From positions 64,001 to 128,000 of the forward strand of contig JANJUP010000022.1 in assembly GCA_024710525.1 (NCBI GenBank): DNA of 64,000 bases, given 5' to 3'. Both the position numbers and the translations under genes were made by a program. This DNA is from Candidatus Rifleibacteriota bacterium. Its GTDB lineage: Bacteria > Muiribacteriota > Ozemobacteria > Ozemobacterales > Ozemobacteraceae. The notes under the pieces were generated by a model. The model made no database searches. It saw only the letters and a program-made list of their open reading frames with translations, and was not told the origin of the DNA. This document shows positions 17,923 through 27,158 of the stretch, piece after piece (position 1 is the first letter of the stretch; the number at the start of each line of letters is the position of its first letter).

Positions 17923-18385
17923 ATTTGCCGCATTAAGGCTTGATAATCAGCTGTGTTTTCCGCTTTATGCTGCTTCGAGGCTGGTGATCAAACTTTATAA
18001 GCCTTTTCTGGATCGGCATGGGCTGACTTATACTCAGTATATTGCGATGATGGCACTCTGGGAAAAGGATAATGTCGCGGTAAACGAACTGGGAGAGCGC
18101 CTTTTTCTCGATTCCGGCACCCTGACGCCGCTTTTGAAAAAACTCGAAACTCTTGGTTTTATCAAAAGAGAGCGCGATGCCGCCGACGAACGCACAGTGC
18201 GCATTCAACTGACCGGCCAGGGAAAAACGCTGCAGAAAACCATGTGCGATGTTCCCCAGCAGATGGCCGCCTGCGTTCATCTCGGCAGAGAAGAAGCCGG
18301 CAACCTGCATGAACTTCTTCACAATCTCATCAGAAATCTGAGCAGCACTGACGGCCGCAAAAACAGCCGGCCCGGTATTTTCTGA
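17897..18385 (+). CDS. ohrR: OhrR-type MarR-family organic hydroperoxide sensor/repressor (2-Cys type)
   Basis: LDNQLCFPLYAASRLVIKLYKPFLDRHGLTYTQYIAMMALWE...LFLDSGTLTPLLKKLETLGFIKRERDAADERTVRIQLT is closely similar to Bacillus subtilis OhrR, including the sensing Cys in the NQLCF motif. A second Cys is near the C-terminus. Start uncertain: GTG 17897 with AGGAG RBS, or ATG 17858. Confidence 0.85.
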   Translation, partial: NVKKPAKDKFAALRLDNQLCFPLYAASRLVIKLYKPFLDRHGLTYTQYIAMMALWEKDNVAVNELGERLFLDSGTLTPLLKKLETLGFIKRERDAADERTVRIQLTGQGKTLQKTMCDVPQQMAACVHLGREEAGNLHELLHNLIRNLSSTDGRKNSRPGIF

Positions 18386-20019
18386 TGCGGGCGGCACTGA
18401 TTTTTCCGCCACAGTGGGATCCGCGGCAGCCGCCGCTGGCGCCGTCAATTCTCGCTGGCACCATGCGACGTGCCGGTGCCGATACCCGGGTATTCGATCT
18501 GAATGTCGCTTTGTACCGCCATCTGCTTCTATCACACGAGCCAGGAGGAATCGGGAGTTTTCTGCTGCAGAAACTGCTCGATCCGAAGAATCTGGCCGAT
18601 GCACAAAGCTATCTGCGTATCAGTCAGGAAGCCCAGAAAATTTTCGATTCAGAGTTCGATCCGGCAGGCCGGGCGCGCTTGTTCTGGGATGCCTGCGGCG
18701 GACTGCCATCGGTTGATTCGTCTGCAGGCTGGAAGATAGCTGCAGAGAAACCGGAAAAGCTGCCGTTCATCGGGCATCTTGGCAAAGAACTGGCCGAAAT
18801 ACTGAGCTGGTCATCCGACTTCATTGGTTTTTCGATAATATCAGATACGCAGTTGCCGGCAGCGTTGGCTCTGGCGGCATTTATGCGTAAACGTCTGCCG
18901 GCTGCGAAGATTGTTTTTGGTGGTGACGCTGTTACTTACCGGCGCCGCCTTCTCACTAGTCAGGGCTGGCTTGGCTCGATAATCGATGCGGTCTGTCTTG
19001 GTGATGGCGAGCCGTTTGTCACAGCCGCTGCCAAGGGCATGAGTCCTGCCGGTTCGCCGAATTCTCTCAATTGGCAGGCTTCCGAGGGTAGCTGCAGCGG
19101 GCAGCAGTCTCTGCATGATTTTTCAGATATAAACACAGCTGCCTTTTCGGCTCTGCCGCTGCATGACTATCTGACGCCGCATCTCGTAATGCCGGTAGAA
19201 ACAGCCAGGGGCTGCCCATGGGGCAGATGTGCATTCTGCATCCATCCGGTGCGGGCGGCGAGCGGCCGACCATTGTACCGGCCGCGTTCCATGGCTGCCG
19301 TCACCGAAGAAATTGAAACCCTTTTTGCGGCCGGGCATCGTCGGTTCTTTATTGTTGATGAAGCTTTGCCGCCTGCGCGTCTGCTTGAGTTGGCAGAAAT
19401 TTTTGCCGCTCTGCCTGAACCGGTTTTCTGGATCGGTTATGCCCGCCTCGACGCCGGGCACACTCTTGAAGGCTTTTTGCGGGCACGCGCTTCGGGGTGT
19501 CTGAAACTCTTTATTGGTCTTGAGACAGGATCAGATCGTATTCTTGCCAGATTCAACAAGGGTGTCGATCGGGCGCAGACCCGCCGGGTGCTGCTCGACG
19601 CTGCTGCTGCCGGCCTCGCGGTGCATACATTTCTGATGACTGGGTTTCCGGGCGAAGATGCGTCTGATCGGCAGGCGACCCTCGATCTGCTTGCCGATGT
19701 CTGGCCGGCCTTTGCCCCATTCGGAGTATCGTTCGATCTGTTCGCGCTGACCGGCGAACTCGAAACTGAAATGGCTGCCGATCCAGCAGCCTTCGGCTGG
19801 GAAGGCCCGAAATTTGACGGGCGTAACGATCTTGCCTGGCAGTTTCCGCTGCTTACGGGTCCAGCTGCGGCCGAAACGCTGGCCGAATTTAGAGCCAGCC
19901 TGCACAGCCTTGCCGACAGGGTTCTGGGCAGAGAGTTTGGTCTGCGTCACGCCGCCCTGGCCCAGGATTCCCTGCATTTGCTGCTGCTGGAAGCAAAAAC
20001 CAGTCTGCGTCGGCCATAA
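18385..20019 (+). CDS. B12-binding-domain radical SAM protein (class B-like), 544 aa
   Basis: ATG overlaps the ohrR stop (TGATG). N-terminal cobalamin-binding-like fold (ALIFPPQW...PPLAPSILAG). Radical SAM cluster Cys ARGCPWGRCAFC, which is Cx4Cx2C rather than the usual Cx3Cx2C. Confidence 0.7.
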   Translation: MRAALIFPPQWDPRQPPLAPSILAGTMRRAGADTRVFDLNVALYRHLLLSHEPGGIGSFLLQKLLDPKNLADAQSYLRISQEAQKIFDSEFDPAGRARLFWDACGGLPSVDSSAGWKIAAEKPEKLPFIGHLGKELAEILSWSSDFIGFSIISDTQLPAALALAAFMRKRLPAAKIVFGGDAVTYRRRLLTSQGWLGSIIDAVCLGDGEPFVTAAAKGMSPAGSPNSLNWQASEGSCSGQQSLHDFSDINTAAFSALPLHDYLTPHLVMPVETARGCPWGRCAFCIHPVRAASGRPLYRPRSMAAVTEEIETLFAAGHRRFFIVDEALPPARLLELAEIFAALPEPVFWIGYARLDAGHTLEGFLRARASGCLKLFIGLETGSDRILARFNKGVDRAQTRRVLLDAAAAGLAVHTFLMTGFPGEDASDRQATLDLLADVWPAFAPFGVSFDLFALTGELETEMAADPAAFGWEGPKFDGRNDLAWQFPLLTGPAAAETLAEFRASLHSLADRVLGREFGLRHAALAQDSLHLLLLEAKTSLRRP

Positions 20020-20092
20020 TGGCTGTTACAGACTGGTTCTTGAGGAATCGAAATGAAATCAGAGCATCAATCGGTTCAAATAAGCGAGCTTT

Positions 20093-20866
20093 TCACTCCT
20101 GATTGCGGATTTTCCGGTAAGGTTCCATGTCGATGCCGGCCGCTTTGCACGCAGATTCAAACACGTTCGCCTGGTCTCCGAGAACCATTTTTTCCCTGAT
20201 GGCAACGGCTTCCATCGCGTTGGCATCGGTTTCGTGGCCATTGGCGCGCCAGACCTGTTTGATCTGCTGTATGAGGGCGATTTTGCCGGCTTCGTCGAGG
20301 AGCTGCCAGTCGAAAATATCTTTCGTCACAAGGTTTTTGACGTGCTCCTTGTCGAGTTTCGGGGCGTTGTCTGCCTTTTTGGCAGGTTCTGCCGCCGGTG
20401 CTTCAGAGCCTTCGAGCGGGTCGGTAATTGATTCGCAGATCATCGGGCCGGTACTGGCGTCATCGGCCGGCGAAATGCACATGAATACCGGTCCTGAGGG
20501 CTCTTTATATTTGAACAGGATGCCTCTGGCATCGTCAGAAACCACGGTAGTCAGCGGCGATTGCAGCTGCAAGCCCTTGACCTGCTCAAAGCTTACCTGT
20601 GGCTGGCACACGGAAAACACATTCGTGACCTTGTTATTTTCGTAGCCAAGCATTCCCATCATCAGAAAATCGGGAGAGTCTGAGATGAGCCAGGTGTCGA
20701 GCTCGCCTGCATCAGCTGGTTTGCCGAGCATTTTGTGAGCTTCTTCTCTGGAAACCCCAATAAAGCTGGTTTCGGTCCAGAATTTTGCCGTAATTGCTTC
20801 GGCACTGCCGGCTGCGATAATTAACAGAACGAAGACGAGAATGATAATACTGTTGCGGTTTTTCAT
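20093..20866 (-). CDS. Secreted hypothetical protein
   Basis: Signal peptide MKNRNSIIILVFVLLIIAAGSAEA. Confidence 0.55.
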   Translation of the reverse strand: MKNRNSIIILVFVLLIIAAGSAEAITAKFWTETSFIGVSREEAHKMLGKPADAGELDTWLISDSPDFLMMGMLGYENNKVTNVFSVCQPQVSFEQVKGLQLQSPLTTVVSDDARGILFKYKEPSGPVFMCISPADDASTGPMICESITDPLEGSEAPAAEPAKKADNAPKLDKEHVKNLVTKDIFDWQLLDEAGKIALIQQIKQVWRANGHETDANAMEAVAIREKMVLGDQANVFESACKAAGIDMEPYRKIRNQE

Positions 20867-20874
20867 TGATTTTA

Positions 20875-21516
20875 TTACTTGTTATCTGTGGGAGTGGCTG
20901 ATTCTGAGGCAACAGGTGTGGCTTCGTCGGCAACGATTTCGGTCGGAAGATATTCGACGAGAATGTGGCGCTCATCCTGAGCTTTGATCAAAGCTGAGAA
21001 CTTGCCGGCGACGCTTACTTCTTCACCGGCTTTTTCCCAGTCTGCGGGAGTTGCATGCACGTCGGGAGTGCCGCCTGAACCAGTGCTGTAAATGGTGCCG
21101 CTGGCTTTGAAAGTGTCGCTGCCAATGTCTTCGAGTGTGTCGAGCTGCGAGAAAAAGAATGCCTCGCCGTCGGCAAGCGGGATTGAATAAGTCTTTTCCT
21201 TGTGCTGCGCCGGCTTTTGCCCGAAGTATTTTATCGCAGCCGTGTCGACCTGCTCAGTGGTCGCCGTGACTGAAAGCCTGTCTTTGGAAGGTTTCAGCGA
21301 CTTGAACTTGTTGAGATACAGGTGCCGAAGAGCGAAGTCGACGATGGTCTGATCGGTCAGCGCGCCCTGAGAAAAGCTTGCAACCTGGGCTTCAGAGAAG
21401 TTGCTGAAAAATACGTTCAGATTTTTCTGCTGAGCTGGTTCGAGCTTCATCGGCTCTGCCAGACCCATCGAGGCCACGGTCATGATTACTGCCAGTAAAG
21501 TCAGGATTTTTTTCAT
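20875..21516 (-). CDS. Secreted hypothetical protein
   Basis: GGAG RBS then ATG at 21516; signal peptide MKKILTLLAVIMTVASMGLA. Confidence 0.55.
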   Translation of the reverse strand: MKKILTLLAVIMTVASMGLAEPMKLEPAQQKNLNVFFSNFSEAQVASFSQGALTDQTIVDFALRHLYLNKFKSLKPSKDRLSVTATTEQVDTAAIKYFGQKPAQHKEKTYSIPLADGEAFFFSQLDTLEDIGSDTFKASGTIYSTGSGGTPDVHATPADWEKAGEEVSVAGKFSALIKAQDERHILVEYLPTEIVADEATPVASESATPTDNK

Positions 21517-21554
21517 TGAGTTCTCCATTTCAGATCGTGCTGTAAAGGTTCTGA

Positions 21555-22130
21555 TCACTTTGCCGACAGCGGCACGACGGTGAAGGAATAAGCGGTATCT
21601 TCGCCATCGCCACCGGTGCGCAGTGTAAATTTCCAGCCCTGGTGTTCCCAGACGGTGTTGTTGTAGCCCTCTTCTTTTTCGCCGTCTTTGCCGGCTCCGG
21701 CATTTTTCTCAAGCCACGCCTGCAGTTCTCTGGTCGGAACTTCTTCGCCATCGATGCAGATTTCAGCGATTTTACCGGCTTCGTTCCAGTCGACAAAAAG
21801 AGTTACCGGGGCTGATTCGGTTGCAATCTGGAAGTCATACTGCAGCCTGTTTGCTTCTTCCATTTCGGTAGCTTCGCCGAGAATCGGCGTCAATTTGGCA
21901 GCCAGGTCATCGCGAGTGGCGTCTCTGCCGATGAAGACTTCGGTTCCCTTCAGCATCAGCGGAAATTCTGCCGTGGCGCTGGCGACATCAGCTGTGACTG
22001 CGGTTGTTGATGCAGTTTCTACTGCTGCGGCTGCGGCTGCGGCGGGTTTGACTTCGGCTCCGGCAAAGCTCTGACAGGCTGCTGCCACGATGAATGCGAG
22101 AGCGACGGTTGTGAATCTGGTGTTGATCAT
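21555..22130 (-). CDS. Secreted hypothetical protein
   Basis: Signal peptide MINTRFTTVALAFIVAAACQSFAGA. Ala-rich linker. Confidence 0.55.
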   Translation of the reverse strand: MINTRFTTVALAFIVAAACQSFAGAEVKPAAAAAAAVETASTTAVTADVASATAEFPLMLKGTEVFIGRDATRDDLAAKLTPILGEATEMEEANRLQYDFQIATESAPVTLFVDWNEAGKIAEICIDGEEVPTRELQAWLEKNAGAGKDGEKEEGYNNTVWEHQGWKFTLRTGGDGEDTAYSFTVVPLSAK

Positions 22131-22171
22131 ATTTTTTTCTCCATGTGAAATTTTGTCAGCTGTATCTGCTG

Positions 22172-22912
22172 TTATTGCTGCGCCGGGGTGAATTTGCCGC
22201 TGATCGCCATATAGCGGAAGTTCGGGCCTTCAAAGCCGGGGCTGGTGTAAGAAACGATCACGACAATGCCGTCTTTGCAGCTGGTTACCCGGCGAACCTG
22301 GTAAGAAAGCGGATAGGCGCGGCTTTTTGGCAGACGCTTGTCTTCCTGAAGAATCTGTATGGTCCCGGAAGCTTCTTCAAGACCGGCAATCGACAGTTTG
22401 AGCATTTTTGCCGGGCCAAAATCAGTCGGCATATCTTTGATGGCAGGGGTTGTATCAGTAGTTTCGAGCCTTACTTCATATTTTGCGGTGATCCCTGAGG
22501 CTCCGCCATCGATGCCTGGCGTCAGAGAGAAAATATTGCCGGTAAATGGGCTGTGGTCGGTCGGCAGGTGTACCAGAAGGTCTGAACCCTGATTTTCATT
22601 GACTTTCAGTGCGAAGCGTTCGAGTCTGGCGGCTTCGATTGCTTTTTTGAGTGCCGGTTCGGCTGAGCCCGCCTCGATATCTTTGTCTTCGGTCAACTCG
22701 GTGGCGCTGGTGGCGACCTGCTCATTTTTCAGAACATCGATTACCCACAGTTCCGCATATGGAACCCCTGAGCCATCGTGGATACCCATCTGGGCAAAAG
22801 CGTAATACTGGCCTGATTGAGAGAAACCGAGCGGCCGGAATTCGGCAATATCGCCGGCCTGGCAGCTGGCAACAAAAAAGAACATGGCAAGGGTGACTAA
22901 AATGCGTTTCAT
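22172..22912 (-). CDS. Secreted hypothetical protein (possibly DUF2259-like)
   Basis: ATG at 22912; signal peptide MKRILVTLAMFFFVASCQA. The motif GFSQSGQYYAFAQMGIHDGSGVPYAELWVIDV is reminiscent of a family of predicted secreted proteins. Confidence 0.5.
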   Translation of the reverse strand: MKRILVTLAMFFFVASCQAGDIAEFRPLGFSQSGQYYAFAQMGIHDGSGVPYAELWVIDVLKNEQVATSATELTEDKDIEAGSAEPALKKAIEAARLERFALKVNENQGSDLLVHLPTDHSPFTGNIFSLTPGIDGGASGITAKYEVRLETTDTTPAIKDMPTDFGPAKMLKLSIAGLEEASGTIQILQEDKRLPKSRAYPLSYQVRRVTSCKDGIVVIVSYTSPGFEGPNFRYMAISGKFTPAQQ

Positions 22913-22932
22913 TATTTTCTCCTGGGGTGTGA

Positions 22933-23622
22933 TTATTTTCCGGGTCTGAATTCGATCAGTCGGCAATTGACTTCGCTGGTGGTTCCCTGATGTGAATAGA
23001 TGTAGCCGGTAAAACCGACGCCATGGGTAAATTTCCAGGTGGTTGTGTCCGGGCCGGTAGACAGGCTGATCGAAACTTCGTCGGGAGTGCCGGTAAGCTT
23101 CAGACCTTTTACCGCTGCGGCAGAAAACGGTGTTTTGCCTTCAACCCGGTAAACATACATCGGAATGCCCGAAAGCAGCTGCGCAGTTTCGCCGAAGGTT
23201 TTTTCTTCTACCAGCGGAAAATCGAGCAGCAGATCAGCTTCGGTAACCGATTCGCCCAGGCTCTCGCCGGTGATGGCCTTTTCCCAGACCTCTTTGATTC
23301 TCTCGTCGCCCTGAATCAGATAGAGCCGCCAGGGCCCGGCCAGAATCATCAGAAATGGTGACGGTTTTTTGCCTTTTTCATAAAAGGTCAGGTCGCTCGG
23401 CAGGCCAGAGCCTTTTGCAAAAGTAATGTTTTCCCAGGCGGTTACCGAGGTTATTTCGGTTGTCCAGGTGAGGGTTTCGCTCAGTTCTTTGCCTTCAGAA
23501 TCGGCTTTGACGTCGGCGCTGTAGACCCATGCGGTGCCGGTTGCCAGCTGCAGCGGCAGGCTTTCGGCTGCCGTTACGGTGAGGGAAATAAGACAGAAAA
23601 TGACAATAAGAGCGTGTTTCAT
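22933..23622 (-). CDS. Secreted hypothetical protein
   Basis: ATG at 23622; signal peptide MKHALIVIFCLISLTVTAAES. Confidence 0.55.
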   Translation of the reverse strand: MKHALIVIFCLISLTVTAAESLPLQLATGTAWVYSADVKADSEGKELSETLTWTTEITSVTAWENITFAKGSGLPSDLTFYEKGKKPSPFLMILAGPWRLYLIQGDERIKEVWEKAITGESLGESVTEADLLLDFPLVEEKTFGETAQLLSGIPMYVYRVEGKTPFSAAAVKGLKLTGTPDEVSISLSTGPDTTTWKFTHGVGFTGYIYSHQGTTSEVNCRLIEFRPGK

Positions 23623-24012
23623 AGGTTTAATCCTGCTTTTGGAGTAATTGTCCTGGCGGTGTCCTGCTAAAAACCGGAAAACTGGCTGGTTTATTTTGTG
23701 TACCCTCTGATCCTCTCTAAGATTATGAAAAATATCACAAACTTCGCAAAGGTTCAAGTTTTTGCTCTTTGACTTTTCAAAGCCAGTTCTGATGCGAATC
23801 GGAGCGGTCGATTTTTCGTGTAAAGCTCGTTGCAAAGCTTGGTCAGGCGCAGCGGCAATTTATGTCATGGTTAAGGGTGGCCCGGCGCTCTGTGCGTAAA
23901 AATCAGTTGGTGAATCATTGCCGATCTGATAGACTCAGGTTTCACATACGGGGCTGTAATTGCCTGGATTTTTTGTGGGAACCTGTATTTTCGAACAAAA
24001 GGGGACATAAAG

Positions 24013-24609
24013 ATGAAAAGAAATTTCAATCACCTGATTCTTGCAGTATTACTCGCTTTTACCGCACCGGGCTTTGCCGGCGAAGTTAAGCCGGCTGATG
24101 CTGCCGGGCAGCCGGTGACCGAACAGGCCGCTGTAACTGAACAGGCTGCTGTAAATCAGGAAACCGACATCGATATAAATAACCCGATTGAAAAAGCCTT
24201 CGCCAAAGATTTTGAGATGGCCCAGGCCACCCCGGAAATCAATTATGTGAACGAAGCTTATCTCGAAGCCTGGAAGGCGGAGATGGCCAATGCCGCCGCA
24301 GTTGTTAAAAAATCACTGCCACATCAGGATGACGGCAAGCGGGTTGATGAGTATGTTGCCGTCGGCAGCGCTCTTGCAGACAAAGCCTTTGAACTTGAAA
24401 TGCTCAACTGGATTTCAGACCCCGAAGCGCCGATTGCCGACCGTTCTTTCGGAACCGGCGCCACCGGCGGTGCCATGCTTGCTCAGGCCAGAATCTACAA
24501 ACAGGCGACTTTGAACCTGATCACGCATTATCAGGCCAGCCCGGATATGGCTTATTCCTTCAGCTACAGCGGCAAAGGTGCCGACCTCGAAAAACTCAGA
24601 GCTCAGTAG
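24013..24609 (+). CDS. Secreted hypothetical protein
   Basis: Signal peptide MKRNFNHLILAVLLAFTAPGFA. Internal direct repeat TEQAAV x2. Confidence 0.55.
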   Translation: MKRNFNHLILAVLLAFTAPGFAGEVKPADAAGQPVTEQAAVTEQAAVNQETDIDINNPIEKAFAKDFEMAQATPEINYVNEAYLEAWKAEMANAAAVVKKSLPHQDDGKRVDEYVAVGSALADKAFELEMLNWISDPEAPIADRSFGTGATGGAMLAQARIYKQATLNLITHYQASPDMAYSFSYSGKGADLEKLRAQ

Positions 24610-24668
24610 ACTCTGATTCGCAGAAAGCCGTTCTGATAAAGAACTCGGGTCGCCAGTTGTTGAGCACT

Positions 24669-24693
24669 GCCACAGAGACATGTGGCGTTTTTT
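24669..24693 (+). terminator. Putative rho-independent terminator
   Basis: Stem gccaca / tgtggc followed by tttttt. Confidence 0.4.
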
Positions 24694-24758
24694 GCAGTCA
24701 CGACAAGATCAACATTCAAAATCCGATTTGAAAGTGATTCGGTGTCCTGTTCAAGAGA

Positions 24759-27080
24759 TCATGGTTGCCATAACGGCAGGCTGGATGCCTGACGGCGTGC
24801 CGTTTCTGAAACCGGAATTCCCCACTTCGTGAAATGTGGCGACAAATTGTGGCCGGTGGCCCTGCTCATGCGAATCAGCCACTGGTCACGTTTTTCGTCG
24901 TCGGTTGCCGGCGGAACATTATCAGATGAAGTATAAGAAGCGAAAAACTTCTGAAAAGCTTTCCAGCCAAACTCATTCTGAAGCTCCACAAAGAAACACA
25001 GGGCAAGCCCTGGGTCTTTTTTCCAGACTTCGAAATCGGGCTTTAACAGATAATTCTGAACTCTGGCAATCTGCCCTTTCAGCCATGGGTGGTTTTTGGG
25101 GGCTATGCCTCGAATTTTTTCCTCGACAAACAGTGAAAAAAGATTGCAGGTTACCTCAGTGGCGCCATTGAACGTCCATTCCGGCTTCTGATGATTATGC
25201 CCGAGCTCATGCCAGAACCCCCAGGCGCCTTCAACGTCTTTTTCGGGATTTGCCAGCCCCTGAAGATTAACCATCTTAGGGGCAACGGCAATATTTGCCA
25301 TTATCGGGTAGCCGGCATGCAGCCAGCCGTTTGAAATCTGGCGGTCTGCAACGATCCGCTGCGGGCGGCGATCGAGAGGCCGACAGCCAAGTTCTTCGTA
25401 ATAGCCGAGCACCCGGTTCCAGAATTGCATCAGCGGTTCGGGGTCATCGAGCGAGCGAATCTCCGAAGCGGGGACGGTCAGAATTATACGCTCACATCTG
25501 AGCTCAGCCCATGGCGCCGGGGCATTGCGCAATCGTTGCCAGCTTTCTTTGTCGGTTTTGTCGAGAACGAAAAATGGCGCTTCGACGACTCCTCCGGCAA
25601 TTCTTATATTTACCGGTTTTGGCGGCATTGGTTCCTGTCGGCGCGGCACTTCGAGGTAGATGAGACCTCCATGAGGATTGAAAACCTTGTTAAGACCTGC
25701 TTTTGCGGGAAAACTGCGAAAAATTTCCGGGTGACGGCTCCACTCCGCGAGATGCCAGTTTTTATCGGTATGACAGCCAATGCGAATGAAAAAGCCTTTT
25801 TCTGAGCAGGCTTCTGGTAGAGTGACTTCAACTGTTTCGCCAGCGATGGCCCATAGGCCGGTGCTTGCCCAACCGGCGACGGAAATGTCGATTTCCGGCT
25901 CACGGGTGACTCCTGGTGCGTTATCAGGCAATCCTCCCGGGTAATCTGCCGCTGAATCCGCTGGCCGCATTGAATTTTCTTTTTGCCTTATCGCATCCAG
26001 ATGGTCGACAATCAAAGCGAGCCTTGCCAGCGGCGCCTTGCCCAGCGGGCTTTTTCGGGTCGGAATGATTGGTCGGGGAAAAGCCCTGCCGATCAAATTC
26101 ACACGCTCGCGAAATGAAGATTCATTTTCTGGAAGCCAGCGATAAGCTGCTGTGACAACGGCCAGGGCCTGGTCTTCCATAGATGTCTGCCCGGGAACTA
26201 TTGTCTGTTTATTCGCAGACTCCAGTGAATGCTCAAGGCAATTCAGTGCATCGATAGCATGAGCACGGCGCAGCCACTGGCCGTCGCCGATTTTTTCCGC
26301 TCCGATTTCATTTATATAGCCATCGACAAAAGCCAGCCCCATTGGCGCCAGAACCCGGTTCAGCGGGTGATCGCGCCGCAGATCCAGTTCGGGGTTGAGC
26401 TGCGTCCAGCCCCATGCCAGACCTGATGTCAGAAACCCGCCGCCGTTGCTGATAAACTCTGTGAGAGCTATTTCATGCTCTCTGTCAGGCAACAGGTTGC
26501 TTCCGACAAGAAGATCGATTTCGCTGATCCTGTCTTTCCAGCCTGGGCAGCCGAGAAATTTCACTTCAAAACCAAGTTTTTCAAGAGGTTTGGCCATGTC
26601 GAGAGCAAAAATAAGCCCGGCGACCGGCTTTGCATTGCTTTTGTGTGGCAATCTTGCCGCCCATTTTGCGGCGTTGGCCAGCAGTTTCGGCGTATCTGCT
26701 TCCTCACTGGCCGGCTTTTCCATAAAGCCGTTATGGCCGAAAGCCACTACTTTACCTTTTCCGAAGCGTGCGGCCGCAATTACAGTCTGATGAGAGTCGC
26801 CTGCTTTGCCAAGAATAACCGGAAAGGAATTCTCGCTGACGCAGGCAATCGGCCCCGGCACTCCTGGTTTTGCAATTTTTCCGACGCCTGCGGTCAGCCT
26901 GGCGATATCTTCCTGAAACTGTGCTTCACCAGTTGAGCCTATCACCGGCAGTATTTGAAAAAACAGCAGACAAAACAGGCCGGTGCAAAAAACATTCAGC
27001 CAGAAAACCTTGCCTGAGTTGTAGCTGCGTTCGTGGCCGTGCCTGCTTCCTGATTCATTTGAACGAATTTGTTTCATCAA
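24759..27080 (-). CDS. Large membrane-anchored/secreted zinc metallopeptidase-like protein (M60-like/enhancin-like HExxH)
   Basis: HExxH motif in AWGFWHELGHNHQKPEWTF with the flanking conservation typical of M60-like domains. N-terminal hydrophobic anchor. 773 aa. Confidence 0.45.
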   Translation of the reverse strand: MMKQIRSNESGSRHGHERSYNSGKVFWLNVFCTGLFCLLFFQILPVIGSTGEAQFQEDIARLTAGVGKIAKPGVPGPIACVSENSFPVILGKAGDSHQTVIAAARFGKGKVVAFGHNGFMEKPASEEADTPKLLANAAKWAARLPHKSNAKPVAGLIFALDMAKPLEKLGFEVKFLGCPGWKDRISEIDLLVGSNLLPDREHEIALTEFISNGGGFLTSGLAWGWTQLNPELDLRRDHPLNRVLAPMGLAFVDGYINEIGAEKIGDGQWLRRAHAIDALNCLEHSLESANKQTIVPGQTSMEDQALAVVTAAYRWLPENESSFRERVNLIGRAFPRPIIPTRKSPLGKAPLARLALIVDHLDAIRQKENSMRPADSAADYPGGLPDNAPGVTREPEIDISVAGWASTGLWAIAGETVEVTLPEACSEKGFFIRIGCHTDKNWHLAEWSRHPEIFRSFPAKAGLNKVFNPHGGLIYLEVPRRQEPMPPKPVNIRIAGGVVEAPFFVLDKTDKESWQRLRNAPAPWAELRCERIILTVPASEIRSLDDPEPLMQFWNRVLGYYEELGCRPLDRRPQRIVADRQISNGWLHAGYPIMANIAVAPKMVNLQGLANPEKDVEGAWGFWHELGHNHQKPEWTFNGATEVTCNLFSLFVEEKIRGIAPKNHPWLKGQIARVQNYLLKPDFEVWKKDPGLALCFFVELQNEFGWKAFQKFFASYTSSDNVPPATDDEKRDQWLIRMSRATGHNLSPHFTKWGIPVSETARRQASSLPLWQP

Positions 27081-27158
27081 ATTATTTCCTCTCTTTATTG
27101 CTGAAAAGTTAAAAATCCGGCAGAAATCGTGTCAGTTTCTATGCTTGTTTCGACCTGA

